NCBI GenBank assembly: GCA_965601925.1
Contig: OZ271854.1
Span: forward strand, 832,001 to 896,000
Origin: Alkalispirochaeta sp.
GTDB taxonomy: Bacteria > Spirochaetota > Spirochaetia > DSM-27196 > Alkalispirochaetaceae
DNA length: 64,000 nucleotides
Direction of reading: 5' to 3'
Part shown: in pieces, positions 8,844-18,892 of the stretch
How positions within the stretch are numbered: position 1 is the stretch's first letter
How the letters are laid out: each line of letters begins with the position of its first letter
Made by a program: the position numbers and the translations under genes
Notes under the pieces: model-generated
What the model saw: only the letters and a program-made list of their open reading frames with translations
Database searches by the model: none
Told to the model about the DNA's origin: nothing

Positions 8844-9572
8844 ACTATCGGACCGATACCGGTCACAACGGTGAGGACGTCCGTCTCCGAACCGGCTCTA
8901 TCAGATCTTCGCTTTCGCCGACGCGTAGTCTTCTTGCTTCGAATGCCGGAGGTCCCGATAGCCCCGCAGCATCTACCCCTGTGGGCGGGAGAGCAACGGT
9001 GCGCGTATACAGGCTCATTGCGCGATAGGAAGACGCCATTCCGCCGGTAGAGCTCCTCTCCCGTGATAATCGGCCGCCCTACGGCTTTTTGTGCTCCACG
9101 GAGGAGTACGACGACACGAAAAAGGTGATCGATGGCTCCGGGGTAACGTCGAGGGGTGTGTCCCAATGGGGTTTTTTAGCATCTCTTTCCGGGGTGCATT
9201 GGTACACGATGTTCGGCCGGGATACTGAGTCGGGCGCCGACGCGGTACGACTCCCACTCGGACCGGTGCGTACTAGTCTCGTCCTCGCTGCACGCACACA
9301 GGCCGTCGCCGTGTCCCAACGCCGAGGCGAGGCGTTGCAAGCATTCTCACAGTCGATATGGGGGCCGATGCCCGGCTATCACGCGAACCCCCGACGTGCT
9401 CGCAGAGTTGACGCAGGATGCATCGCCGAGCAGCACCTATTTGCGTGCGCCCAGGGGCCGATCGCCGGCGGTCGTCGTCCGGCCCGGTTGCGTACCGCAG
9501 GCGAAGCCAAGGAACGCAGCCTCTGCCCCCTGCGGGATTTCCTCCCTTCGCCTTCACGCTCGTTCTGTGGTG

Positions 9573-10601
9573 TGTGTGCCTCATAGACATCATTTCACGT
9601 CTTGAACTGTTTTTTCAATTGAAGATCAAGCCGGTAATTCTGTTCCTGATGTCTTTCTTGAGAGATATCGAACTTCGATTCAGCTTCGTCCCAAAGGGTG
9701 TTGGTTTTGACCGGTCTCCGATCCGATCAATGGGAGATTTTCTATTCAAAGAGCCGTGTGGCCGATCCCAGTTATAGAAATACTACCACTCCGCTAAAAG
9801 CAGGTCGAGCTCTTCAAGACCGGTTATCAAAATCTACGTGGGGTAAAACTCCCGTAAGTCTGTTTGCTGTGAACGTTCGACCTTCCCGTTCAAATGCGGA
9901 GATACAGGCCGTGTGGGTCGGAATTTGATACCGTATTCTTGAAGCCTTTCCTGAACAGAACACGCAAGGAACTCTCTACCACGATCCGTCTGAAGTCTTT
10001 GGATGAGGAATGGCATTTCCTCGACCGCGCAATCGATAAAATCCAAAGTATTCTTAGCTGTTCGACGGTTATAGACCCGTAGGACGCGATATCGCGTGCA
10101 ATCATCAACCGTTGTGTACTGATACCGTCCGCTTTTCATCTTGCAGCTGTCCAGTTGCACTCCCGGGATTGCCTTCTCATATCGTCTGTATCGTTTTTCA
10201 CGTTTTGGTCTACGGAGAAGCATCACTGATGGATGCGTGAGAACCTCGTGAATAGACGTGCGGAAAAGCGTAATATCACGCTTTCTCGGCAGTTCTAATT
10301 GGATTATCCGGTTTCCAATGTCTTGGTCTGTTCACATTGAAAAAATGAGTACGACTACATCATCCGTCAACGTAAGAGCAGGACCATTCTTCAAGTTTCG
10401 ACTTCGCGAGTGAAGACCTTCGACTCCCGACTCCTTGTATCGGTTTAACCACTTCCGCAAAGTCGGTCGAGAAACTCCGCATCTCCGACAGGTCAATCCT
10501 GAGTCTCGGGTCTCGTTATGTACGTCAACCCATTTTAATCGTGCTCTAATTTCACGATCCATTTCAGGATTCCAATTGAAACCATGTCTACGAGTTACAC
10601 A
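9573..10601 (-). mobile_element. IS481-family insertion sequence, decayed
   Basis: 25-bp terminal IRs starting TGT (9573-9597 TGTGTGCCTCATAGACATCATTTCA vs revcomp of 10577-10601 TGTGTAACTCGTAGACATGGTTTCA, 20/25); about 1.03 kb; no target duplication seen. Confidence 0.85.
9595..10562 (-). pseudogene. IS481-family transposase (HTH + rve), multiple nonsense/frameshift lesions
   Basis: MDREIRARLKW...CGVSRPTLRKW HTH; VQLD, VDDCTR, QTDRGREF, NGKVER; stops at 10334-10332 and 9836-9834 plus further lesions around YNWDRPHGSL. Confidence 0.9.
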
Positions 10602-10806
10602 TAATGCGATACCTCTTGGTCGCTCTCTCAATGTTCGGCGATGTGTACTACGTACATGCATAGTTTCTCCTTCATCTGATGATGTCCAAAGATGACCGAT
10701 GCGCGAGCTCAGCCACCAATAGATTGTGGGAATGGCGCGACATCCTGCAGTTATATCTCAACAGCATCGGAGAGATGCATTATTTGTATGTTTTTGCTTG
10801 ATAATA

Positions 10807-11418
10807 CTATATCGCGATCGCGACACCACCGGTCAGCGGAAACAGTCGACCCGGCCCGCCGAATACCTCCCGCGTCCAAATCGTCCGCACCGTGAGCGGT
10901 GAGTCCGCGAGGTAGCGACCGATGTCACGAGTAAGCTCGCATCCGGCGACGGCGCGTTGTACCGGGTTGAGACGGCGCTGCCACGCGAGGACACGTCTAT
11001 CGCCGTGCGCGCCATGCTCCAAGAAACGATACTGACCGCCGGGCTTGAGCACGCGCCGGATCTCGTCGAGCACACGCGCAGGATCGGCTACGCCGCACAA
11101 CAAGAGGGTACTGACCACGAAGTCAAAGCGCCCCTCCGAAAAGGGAAGTGCCTCCGCCCGGCCGGTAACCCAATGCGTCGGCGGAGCCGCATCACGAAGC
11201 CGCGACTCGACGCGTGCCCTCATACCCGCGGCCTCATCGAGCACGGTGAGCTCGCGCACGAGTGGGGAGTAGTGCGGCAGGTTGTTTCCCGTCCCGACAC
11301 CGATCTCGAGACCCACCCCGGATAGATCAACCACCTGTTGAGTCCGCAACGTCCGAAGCGGCGGGAGGTCGGCGACGTCGAAAAGAAGGCCGCGCAACCG
11401 TTCGATTCCGCTACCCAT
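10807..11418 (-). CDS. class I SAM-dependent methyltransferase
   Basis: LEIGVGTG motif I; AEALPF..GRFD; VLKPGG..FLEH. Confidence 0.9.
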   Translation of the reverse strand: MGSGIERLRGLLFDVADLPPLRTLRTQQVVDLSGVGLEIGVGTGNNLPHYSPLVRELTVLDEAAGMRARVESRLRDAAPPTHWVTGRAEALPFSEGRFDFVVSTLLLCGVADPARVLDEIRRVLKPGGQYRFLEHGAHGDRRVLAWQRRLNPVQRAVAGCELTRDIGRYLADSPLTVRTIWTREVFGGPGRLFPLTGGVAIAI

Positions 11419-11462
11419 ACGCCACCGGAGTACGCCGCAACGCAGATCGTCCGTTCATCTGT

Positions 11463-12149
11463 TCAACCGAAAAAACCGTCGTCGAGAGCCTCCTCGACGA
11501 ATACCGCCGCATCCCGAACGTTATCGATCGATCGACTCGTGTCGCGATCCGTATCCTCAAAGAGATGCCCCGCGTTCTCTACGACGAACACGCGCCCGTT
11601 GCGCGCCTTCTGAAGCGCGCCGACGAGCGATCGATCGTAGTACGGATCGCGGTCGCCGATCGCCATTAACGTGGGGGCGTCGTCGGCGATGAGGATATCG
11701 AGCAGCTCACGCTGACGTTCCGTGGGTGTGAGCAGCACATATCCCACGCGTTGAGCTGCGCCGCGCACCTCGGCCTCGGAGAGCATCGTGAATAACGCCG
11801 TCGTTCCCAACGACTTACCGATCAATAGTAGGTGGTCGCAATCGAGTGTATCGACCACGTACTTACCGATCTTTTGGTGTTCGCGCCGAAGGAAATCGTC
11901 CTTATCCTCGTCCCCCAATGCAAGAAACGCATCGTGCTCGCTATATCGATAGTCGATGGCGAGTACGTCCCAACGGCGCTTGATGAACACGAGCTTGAGA
12001 TAGAAAAGAAGCGGCGCCTCGGCGCTATAGGCGAAGCCGGGGAGTAACACCGCCGTCCGACGCGATAACGCGTCGGAAGCCGTCCAACGCGTGGTCCGAA
12101 TTCTTCTGCCGTCAACTCCGGTCAGATCCGATACATGTACGCTACGCAT
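11463..12149 (-). CDS. alpha/beta-fold hydrolase
   Basis: LLPG..Y, GKSLG nucleophile elbow, GDRDP, NAGH; GGAGGAG RBS. Confidence 0.85.
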   Translation of the reverse strand: MRSVHVSDLTGVDGRRIRTTRWTASDALSRRTAVLLPGFAYSAEAPLLFYLKLVFIKRRWDVLAIDYRYSEHDAFLALGDEDKDDFLRREHQKIGKYVVDTLDCDHLLLIGKSLGTTALFTMLSEAEVRGAAQRVGYVLLTPTERQRELLDILIADDAPTLMAIGDRDPYYDRSLVGALQKARNGRVFVVENAGHLFEDTDRDTSRSIDNVRDAAVFVEEALDDGFFG

Positions 12150-12239
12150 GCACTCCTCCCATGAACTCGCACGGTACGAATCGCAGTTGAAGATTATCGT
12201 ACATTCCCTCGCGCGCCGCGTCTCGACGTGACGCGCGCT

Positions 12240-13202
12240 TCAAATCGTAATAATCACCTTTCCGAGAGCGCGTCCATCCGCCAAATACTGGAGCGCGGCG
12301 GGGAGCTCGACCAACGGATACCGTCTATCGATGACCGGGGCGATCTTCCCCGCTCCGACGAGCTCCGCGAGGTTTGCCAGCTCCTTGTTGGGTTCATGTG
12401 CCAAAATCCGCAACGTTTTGCTCCCGAGGAGAGAGAGCGACGGACCTAAGAGTATAAACTGTAGAATCGTGCCGACCCCTCCCCCGATGACGATACACGC
12501 CCCGCCGCTTCGTAGGGCGCGCTGATAGTCGAGGATCGACCTCCGAGCCACGCTATCGATGATCAGGTCGTAGCGTCGTCGCGAGGCGGTGTAGTCCTCG
12601 TTCCGGTAGTCGATGAGATAGTCGGCGCCCGCCTCGCGCATCGTATCGAACTTCTCGGCTCCATCCACGGCGGTTACCTCGGCTCCCGCCGTCTTCGCCA
12701 TCTGGATTGCAAAGGTACCCACTCCTCCGCCCGCGCCGTTTATGAGTACCCTCCGACCGCGAAGGGCCGTCCCACGATCACGAACGGCCTGCCACGCCAT
12801 TACGGCCGCCTGCGGTATCGCGGCCGCTTCCTCAAACGATACGCCGGACGGTTTGCGGGTCAATACGGCCTCATCGGCGCACACGTACTCGGCAAAACCG
12901 CCCCACCCCGACGCGCACAAGTCGCCGAAGACCTCGTCGCCCACCCGGAATCGCGATACACCGCGGCCGATACCGGCGACGCGGCCGGCGATGTCCGCCC
13001 CGAGGATGCGATACTTCGGCTTGAAGAATCCCCACATACGAAAGGCGATGGGCCTACCGGTCACGAGATCCCAATCCCACGAATTGACGGAGGCGGCGTG
13101 TACGCGCACGAGCACCTCGTTATCCCTTGGTGACGGTTTCGGTACCTCTCGGAGTCGGAGCACGGACGGCGGTCCGTACCGGGTGTATACCATAGCCTGC
13201 AT
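12240..13202 (-). CDS. NAD(P)-dependent MDR/quinone-oxidoreductase-like alcohol dehydrogenase
   Basis: YGPPSVL...VHAASVN, GADIAG, GAGGGVG, GKVII. Confidence 0.92.
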   Translation of the reverse strand: MQAMVYTRYGPPSVLRLREVPKPSPRDNEVLVRVHAASVNSWDWDLVTGRPIAFRMWGFFKPKYRILGADIAGRVAGIGRGVSRFRVGDEVFGDLCASGWGGFAEYVCADEAVLTRKPSGVSFEEAAAIPQAAVMAWQAVRDRGTALRGRRVLINGAGGGVGTFAIQMAKTAGAEVTAVDGAEKFDTMREAGADYLIDYRNEDYTASRRRYDLIIDSVARRSILDYQRALRSGGACIVIGGGVGTILQFILLGPSLSLLGSKTLRILAHEPNKELANLAELVGAGKIAPVIDRRYPLVELPAALQYLADGRALGKVIITI

Positions 13203-13402
13203 CTATCGCCCCCACGATCGCGTGTTTTTCAGGATATCACGACCAGGCGAGAGTATGGTCTCCGTATAGATTCGTCTCATCACCGGCATATCGTCGGACG
13301 AGATGTGCACCACCGGAAGGTGTCGAACATCGATGGCGGGATCGTGATGTCCCGGGTGGGGGACGTTCCCACACCCGGGATGGGTATGTCGGCGCCGGTA
13401 TC

Positions 13403-14881
13403 TCAGCGCACGATCACCATCGAGTGCGCGCCGCGCGTAACGGGAACCGAGTACTCCGACTTCACCAACTCTACACGCTCCGGGTCGAGGGGATCGCCGG
13501 CGATGCGCCAGAAGTCGACCGAGCCGCCGACGCGTCGATCGTCGAAGTGGTCGTAGGTGACCACCGCAATGGAGCTACTCGAGTTGTCGAAGACCGCCGC
13601 CTCGGGCAGTATTCCGTCGTAGGTGTAGTCTCCGATGCGCGTGAGAGCGCCGGTCTCCGGGTCGAGGCGCACCAACGTAAGGGAGCTGAACCACGTGATG
13701 CGCGGGTCGTCGTAGGGGAGGTAGCTCCGCTCGAGGTTGGTCGTGACGACCCACCGTCCGTCGGGGCTCACCGCCAAACCTTCAGGAGAGACGCCGGTTA
13801 TGGCGCGCGAGACGAGGGCGTGACGCGGCGTTCCGTCGGGGTACGTTCCGGCGTTCATCCGCACCGAGAAGACCGACCCGCGTGGAGCCTCATTCCAGAA
13901 TCCCTGGACGTCGACGCCCCAGTAGAGGGCGTTGGCGACGACGTGGCGCCCGTCGGGAGTAAACTCGATCCGGTACTGTGCCTTTTCCGTCTCTACGACG
14001 TTCCCGTACAGCTCGAGGGTCAGCTCTCCGCCGTCACGGACGATCTCCACGAAGCGCACATTCGCGCCGACCTCGTTTAACAGGGCGAGGATATCGCCGT
14101 CGGGATGAAAGTCGAGGTCGATCAAGCGATCTCCGGCCGTCCATTGTGGGATTGCGGGGAAGACCGCCTCGCCGACGCGCCCGCCCTCGAAGGGGTAGAG
14201 ACCTATCGGCGTCTCGGCGCCGGCGCCTTCCGGATTGAAGCCGATCGCGACCAGCCCGCCGTCGGGACTCACCCTGACCGCGTCGGGTCGCGCCGGAATA
14301 GTGACCTCTTGATGGAGCACCGGATTCCGCGGGTTCGAGAGATCGATGACCGACAATCGATCTCCGACGGAGAAATCGGCGAATGTGTGCGTCATCTCGT
14401 CGCCGCCGTCGGGCCGCCGGGTGAAGGTCTCGATCACAAAAGCGTACCGCCCGTCCGGTGTGACGTCGACCGCCGCAGGGGGACCGGCGACGGAGTTACT
14501 CGCCTCTACTTCATAGGCGCGCCATTCTCTGGGGTCGTCGGTGAGAGGAATGACGCTCACGGCGTCGGTACCCTCCCGCGGTCCCAACATTCCGTTAACG
14601 TACGCAGAGGAGACCATGTCGGCATCGGAGACCGAGACGATGTAACGCCCGGCAAAGTCGAGACGGCCGAAAAGGTCACGGTCGGGGGCGTTGATCTCCT
14701 CCGGGGTAAAGACGCTCCCGGTCTGCGCTACCGACGTGTCCTCCGCACCGCCGCTTTCGCGAGTGCCGCGAGCCGACGCCGTCTCCGGCGAGGTGAAAGA
14801 CGAGACCACGACGAGTAGCGCTACGAGGGCGCCGCGCGTCGCACCGTCCAGCAGAAGATGGGATTCACCATACGTATCCAT
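13403..14881 (-). CDS. exported beta-propeller (lactonase-like) protein
   Basis: Signal peptide ASA-RGTRE; repeated TPDG/SPDG/HPDG blade motifs; AAGGAG RBS. Confidence 0.8.
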   Translation of the reverse strand: MDTYGESHLLLDGATRGALVALLVVVSSFTSPETASARGTRESGGAEDTSVAQTGSVFTPEEINAPDRDLFGRLDFAGRYIVSVSDADMVSSAYVNGMLGPREGTDAVSVIPLTDDPREWRAYEVEASNSVAGPPAAVDVTPDGRYAFVIETFTRRPDGGDEMTHTFADFSVGDRLSVIDLSNPRNPVLHQEVTIPARPDAVRVSPDGGLVAIGFNPEGAGAETPIGLYPFEGGRVGEAVFPAIPQWTAGDRLIDLDFHPDGDILALLNEVGANVRFVEIVRDGGELTLELYGNVVETEKAQYRIEFTPDGRHVVANALYWGVDVQGFWNEAPRGSVFSVRMNAGTYPDGTPRHALVSRAITGVSPEGLAVSPDGRWVVTTNLERSYLPYDDPRITWFSSLTLVRLDPETGALTRIGDYTYDGILPEAAVFDNSSSSIAVVTYDHFDDRRVGGSVDFWRIAGDPLDPERVELVKSEYSVPVTRGAHSMVIVR

Positions 14882-14959
14882 GCATCGCTCCTTTGGTAGA
14901 TGATGACCAAAGGTCGGCCCGACCGCCCTCTGGCGGCCAATAGATGTATGGAATGGCGC

Positions 14960-14976
14960 GATAGCCGATCGCTATC
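14960..14976. promoter_or_regulatory. LysR-type T-N11-A operator
   Basis: GATAGC-CGATC-GCTATC dyad (ATAG-N7-CTAT) about 80 nt upstream of the beta-propeller gene. Confidence 0.5.
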
Positions 14977-14982
14977 TCCGGA

Positions 14983-15534
14983 TTACGAGCGACCGAGGAG
15001 AGCGACCCGGCCCTCTACAAGAGAAAGTCCGAGATCGAAGGCGTCGAGCGCCCTCCTGCGGGTACCGAAGCGCTCGGCAACGGCCGCCCTAAGAGAATCA
15101 CAGCCGACAATTCCGGTGAGGCTCGCTACGGAGCCCAGCATGCAGATATTCGCCGAACGATCGCTGCCGAGCTTCTCGGCCGCGGATCGGCTGAAGGGGA
15201 GCTCGACGCAGCGCGCATCGGTGGAGCGGTCGACGGTAACGTGGCTCGCATCGGTAACGAGGAGCGCTCCGGGTCGAATCAACCGCAGATTGGCGGTAAG
15301 CGCCTTTTGGTGCATGCAGACGAGAATATGTGCTTGCGTTACTTTGGGATACATCACCGGCCCGTCGGAGATGGTGACGTCGGCGCGACTCAGTCCGCCA
15401 CGCATCTCCGCTCCGTAGGTTTGCGTCTGCACGGCGTGGCGCCCCTCGTGTATGACTGCCGCCTCGCCCAGGAGGATACCGGCGCTTACGACCCCTTGCC
15501 CACCGAGGCCCGCGAATATCACCTTCCACGTCAC
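14983..15534 (-). CDS. korC: 2-oxoacid:ferredoxin oxidoreductase gamma subunit
   Basis: AGLGGQG, YGAEMRGG, NICMLG; GTG 15534 overlaps the beta stop (GTGA). Confidence 0.9.
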   Translation of the reverse strand: MTWKVIFAGLGGQGVVSAGILLGEAAVIHEGRHAVQTQTYGAEMRGGLSRADVTISDGPVMYPKVTQAHILVCMHQKALTANLRLIRPGALLVTDASHVTVDRSTDARCVELPFSRSAAEKLGSDRSANICMLGSVASLTGIVGCDSLRAAVAERFGTRRRALDAFDLGLSLVEGRVALLGRS

Positions 15535-16352
15535 GACTCGTCCTCCCCGACACCCACGGCCACGCGCGCCACCATACGCCCGTACTCCTCGCAGTACTCC
15601 GGCCGTTCGGTCTCGACGAATACGCCGCGGGGGATAAGACTCGGATCGTCGGTACGCTTCGGCGAGTCTTTGGGAACGGTTCGCTCTTTGAAGGTGGTGA
15701 GCATCTCCACCGCCTCGGTGGACCCGTTCCGGCGGCCGAAGTGCGTCGGACACTGAGAGAGAATCTCGACGAGGGAGAAGCCGGTGTGGCTGATGGCGCG
15801 AGTGATAAGTTGTTGCATCTCGCGGACGTGGTAGGTGGTCGTGCGGGCGACAAACGTCGCGCCGGCGCCCCGAGCGAGCTCCACCGTGTCGAAGGAGTGG
15901 TCGATGGTGGAGTACGGGGCGGTAGAGGCGCGGATGCCGCACCCCGAAAGGGGTGAGTGCTGTCCGCCGGTCATGCCGTAGATGCGATTGTTAAAGATCA
16001 AAACCGTGATGTCGATGTTCCGCCGGGCGGCGTGAATGAGGTGGTTCCCGCCGATCGCCATAGCGTCGCCGTCGCCCATGGGCACGATGATCTTGAGGTC
16101 GGGACGGCTCATCTTAACCCCCGTAGCAAAGGCGAGGGCCCGCCCATGCAGCGTATGAAGGGTATGAAAGTCCAGATATCCCGATATGCGCGCCGAGCAC
16201 CCGATGCCGGAGACTACGACGATATCGTTCTTCTCCAGCTCCAACTCGTCTATCGATCGTATGAGGGCGTTGAGTATCGTACCGTGCCCGCACCCGGGGC
16301 ACCAAATATGCGGGAAGAATCGCTTTCTGATGTACTTCTTGACCACCGACAC
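15531..16352 (-). CDS. korB: 2-oxoacid:ferredoxin oxidoreductase beta subunit (TPP-binding)
   Basis: WCPGCG, GIGCS, HGRA, GDGD...NN..YGMTGGQ, QCPT. Confidence 0.95.
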   Translation of the reverse strand: MSVVKKYIRKRFFPHIWCPGCGHGTILNALIRSIDELELEKNDIVVVSGIGCSARISGYLDFHTLHTLHGRALAFATGVKMSRPDLKIIVPMGDGDAMAIGGNHLIHAARRNIDITVLIFNNRIYGMTGGQHSPLSGCGIRASTAPYSTIDHSFDTVELARGAGATFVARTTTYHVREMQQLITRAISHTGFSLVEILSQCPTHFGRRNGSTEAVEMLTTFKERTVPKDSPKRTDDPSLIPRGVFVETERPEYCEEYGRMVARVAVGVGEDES

Positions 16353-16353
16353 G

Positions 16354-17565
16354 TTACACCCCCTGCCCTTCGACGATGCGTAAGACGCTGCGGATATCGC
16401 GCGGCGTGATAAACTGCCCGTCGACCCGATTTGCGAGAAAGACGGTACGCGGATCCTCCACCGCGTGTCTGACCTGTTGGTGAACTTGGCCCATGTTCAT
16501 CTCGACGACCACCGTAGCCCGACTTCCCGCGCACGCCTCGCGTACCGCGCCGGTGGGAAAGGGCCACAGAGTCTGAAGCTCCAACAGACCGAGTCGTCGC
16601 CCGTTCTGGCGCGCCTCGTGGACGACCTGTAGGGCGGAACGCGCCGGCGACCCATAGGAGACGAGAATCGTGTCCGCATCGTCGAGATGGAAGCGCTTTG
16701 CCGATGCAAACTCATCGGCGCGTTGCTCGATCTTATCGTGGAGATGATGTGCCAGGTCGTCTACGACCGACGGATTCGTGGACGGAAAGCCCCACATGTC
16801 GTGATAGAGGCCGGTGACGTTGTAGCGATGGATCCCCCCGAAGTCGGACATGGGGAGGCGTCCGTCCTCCCGGGCGAGGTACGGATGGTAGTCGACCCCC
16901 TCCGACACGGACGTCTGGAGTCGGTCCACCAGCTCGAGCTCCCCGCGCTCCGGTATCACCAACCGCTCGCGCATATGACCCAACAACTCGTCAAAGAGCA
17001 CCACCACGGGAGTGCGGTACGTCTCGGCGAAGTTGAAGGCGCGCACCGTAACCTCGAAGAGGTCCTGGTGGTTACTCGCCGTGAGGGCGACGATCGCGTG
17101 GTCGCCGTGGGTACCCCAGCGTACCTGGTTGATATCGCCCTGACTCGGTTGCGTCGGCAACCCCGTCGAGGGGCCACCGCGCATTACGTGGGCGACGACG
17201 CAGGGAATCTCGGACATGACCGCGAAACCCAACGCCTCCTGCATGAGAGAGAAACCGGGCCCGCTGGTGGCGGTCATGACCTTCTGCCCCGTCAGAGAGG
17301 CGCCGATAATGGCCGCCATGGAGGCGATCTCGTCCTCCATCTGAATGTAGGTTCCCCCGATACGGGGCAGTTGAGCGGAGAGAAACTCGGCGATTTCCGA
17401 TGACGGCGTTATCGGGTATCCGGCAAAAAAGCCGAGCCCCGCATATAAGGCGCCCTCGGCGCATACCTGATTACCTTGGATGAAAAGCGGCCGGCCGGCA
17501 GCCGGCCGGCTCGGCGTGGATCCCGTCTTCGATTCCGTCCGAGTCCCTTCGACCGCGGCCTTCAT
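16354..17565 (-). CDS. korA: 2-oxoacid:ferredoxin oxidoreductase alpha subunit
   Basis: GYPITP, QMEDE, TATSGPG, RGGPSTG, EMNMGQ; ATG 17565 overlaps the delta stop. Confidence 0.95.
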   Translation of the reverse strand: MKAAVEGTRTESKTGSTPSRPAAGRPLFIQGNQVCAEGALYAGLGFFAGYPITPSSEIAEFLSAQLPRIGGTYIQMEDEIASMAAIIGASLTGQKVMTATSGPGFSLMQEALGFAVMSEIPCVVAHVMRGGPSTGLPTQPSQGDINQVRWGTHGDHAIVALTASNHQDLFEVTVRAFNFAETYRTPVVVLFDELLGHMRERLVIPERGELELVDRLQTSVSEGVDYHPYLAREDGRLPMSDFGGIHRYNVTGLYHDMWGFPSTNPSVVDDLAHHLHDKIEQRADEFASAKRFHLDDADTILVSYGSPARSALQVVHEARQNGRRLGLLELQTLWPFPTGAVREACAGSRATVVVEMNMGQVHQQVRHAVEDPRTVFLANRVDGQFITPRDIRSVLRIVEGQGV

Positions 17566-17777
17566 ACGGCGGCCTCCTTCCACTCGAGCTCTATCGCCAG
17601 CTCCGGGCAAAGCCGTTCGCACAATTCGCACGAGATGCACTTCTCGACGTGCACCGCGTCTATCGTACCGTCCTCGTCACAATCAAAGACGCTCTTCGGG
17701 CAGAAGGCGACGCAAATGCCGCACCTCTTACACCACTCCCGATTGATATCAATCGCCTCAACCCGTGATCTCGCCAC
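17562..17777 (-). CDS. korD: 2x[4Fe-4S] ferredoxin, oxidoreductase delta subunit
   Basis: CKRCGICVAFCP and CISCELCERLCP. Confidence 0.93.
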   Translation of the reverse strand: MARSRVEAIDINREWCKRCGICVAFCPKSVFDCDEDGTIDAVHVEKCISCELCERLCPELAIELEWKEAAV

Positions 17778-17886
17778 AGGGACCTCTCTCTCCGACTCCC
17801 GATATGTCGTTGGGAACGGATCATCTGTTTGCGGTATGTGCTATTTAAACACGGCCGAGAAAAAGCGGCAACAGAAAGATGCGAAC

Positions 17887-18780
17887 CTACGCCGCATAGT
17901 GGTGCTTGAGCCGTTCGACGAACGAGGAAAGCTCGCTCGATAGGGGACGTCGGGAAACGGCGATGCCCGTCTCCAGGCGCGGAAGTCCGGGCACCTCCAG
18001 GAGCGAGACGGTGGAGCTCCCCTCGGCCATCGCCTTGGGCACCACCGAATACCCCAGTCCCGCTTCGGCCATCATGAACCTGCTCGCAAACCCTTCACTC
18101 TCGTGGATGATAAAAAAGGAATCCAGATGTTTGCTCAGCGCCTCGTAGATTGCGGCGTACAGCGTCGGACCGCTGTCGTAGGGAAACATGATCACCGGTA
18201 GGCCATCTCGACCGGCCTCTCCGCCGCACCGCCCCGACCGTGGGCCCGCGAGTACCAGCGGCTCACTGTACAGCGCTTCCACGCTGAGGCCGTCGCGACT
18301 CACGGGAAGGTGCACAAGGGCGGTGTCGATGCGTCCTTCTACCAACAGACGCAACAACCCCTCGGTACATTCCGTCTCCAAAAAAATCGAAAGATTGGGC
18401 TCACGACGGCGTATGGTAGTGAGAAAACGGCGAAATCCCGCGTTCGCGACGATCTCGGTGACGCCGAGACGCACGACTTTGGCGTCCCACGTCCGTTGCT
18501 GCACGGCACGCGTAGCGTCGTCGGCGGCACGTAAGATGGACCACGCATAGGGAAGAAACTGCTTACCCGCCGCAGATAGCGCCGTCCCGCGTCCATTACG
18601 GTGAAAGAGACGTACGGACAGGCCCTCTTCCAGGTCGCGTATCTGCTTTGTCAGAGCTGGCTGAGCGAGATAGAGGCGCTCGGCCGCGGCGTGAAAGTTG
18701 AGCGTCTCGGCCAAAACGACGAACGATCGCACATGGCGCAGCTCGAAGGGAAACTGTCTCGTGGACGGTCGGTCTTGCAT
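17887..18780 (-). CDS. LysR-family transcriptional regulator
   Basis: NFHAAAERLYLAQPALTKQIRDLEEGL HTH. Confidence 0.95.
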   Translation of the reverse strand: MQDRPSTRQFPFELRHVRSFVVLAETLNFHAAAERLYLAQPALTKQIRDLEEGLSVRLFHRNGRGTALSAAGKQFLPYAWSILRAADDATRAVQQRTWDAKVVRLGVTEIVANAGFRRFLTTIRRREPNLSIFLETECTEGLLRLLVEGRIDTALVHLPVSRDGLSVEALYSEPLVLAGPRSGRCGGEAGRDGLPVIMFPYDSGPTLYAAIYEALSKHLDSFFIIHESEGFASRFMMAEAGLGYSVVPKAMAEGSSTVSLLEVPGLPRLETGIAVSRRPLSSELSSFVERLKHHYAA

Positions 18781-18892
18781 ACTACGAGGGTACCATCACC
18801 CCATAACGCGCCATTGTCAACTCCGCGGCCGGAGTCGGCTCGCCGCACCCCTCGTCCCATTCACGTCGCCGCAAGGCCGTATCGGCGCCTCA

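Noticed and set aside
9445..9572. Group II intron 5' end (GTGCGCCCAG)
   Set aside because: Only a 10-nt match; no domain V/VI or reverse transcriptase remnant found.
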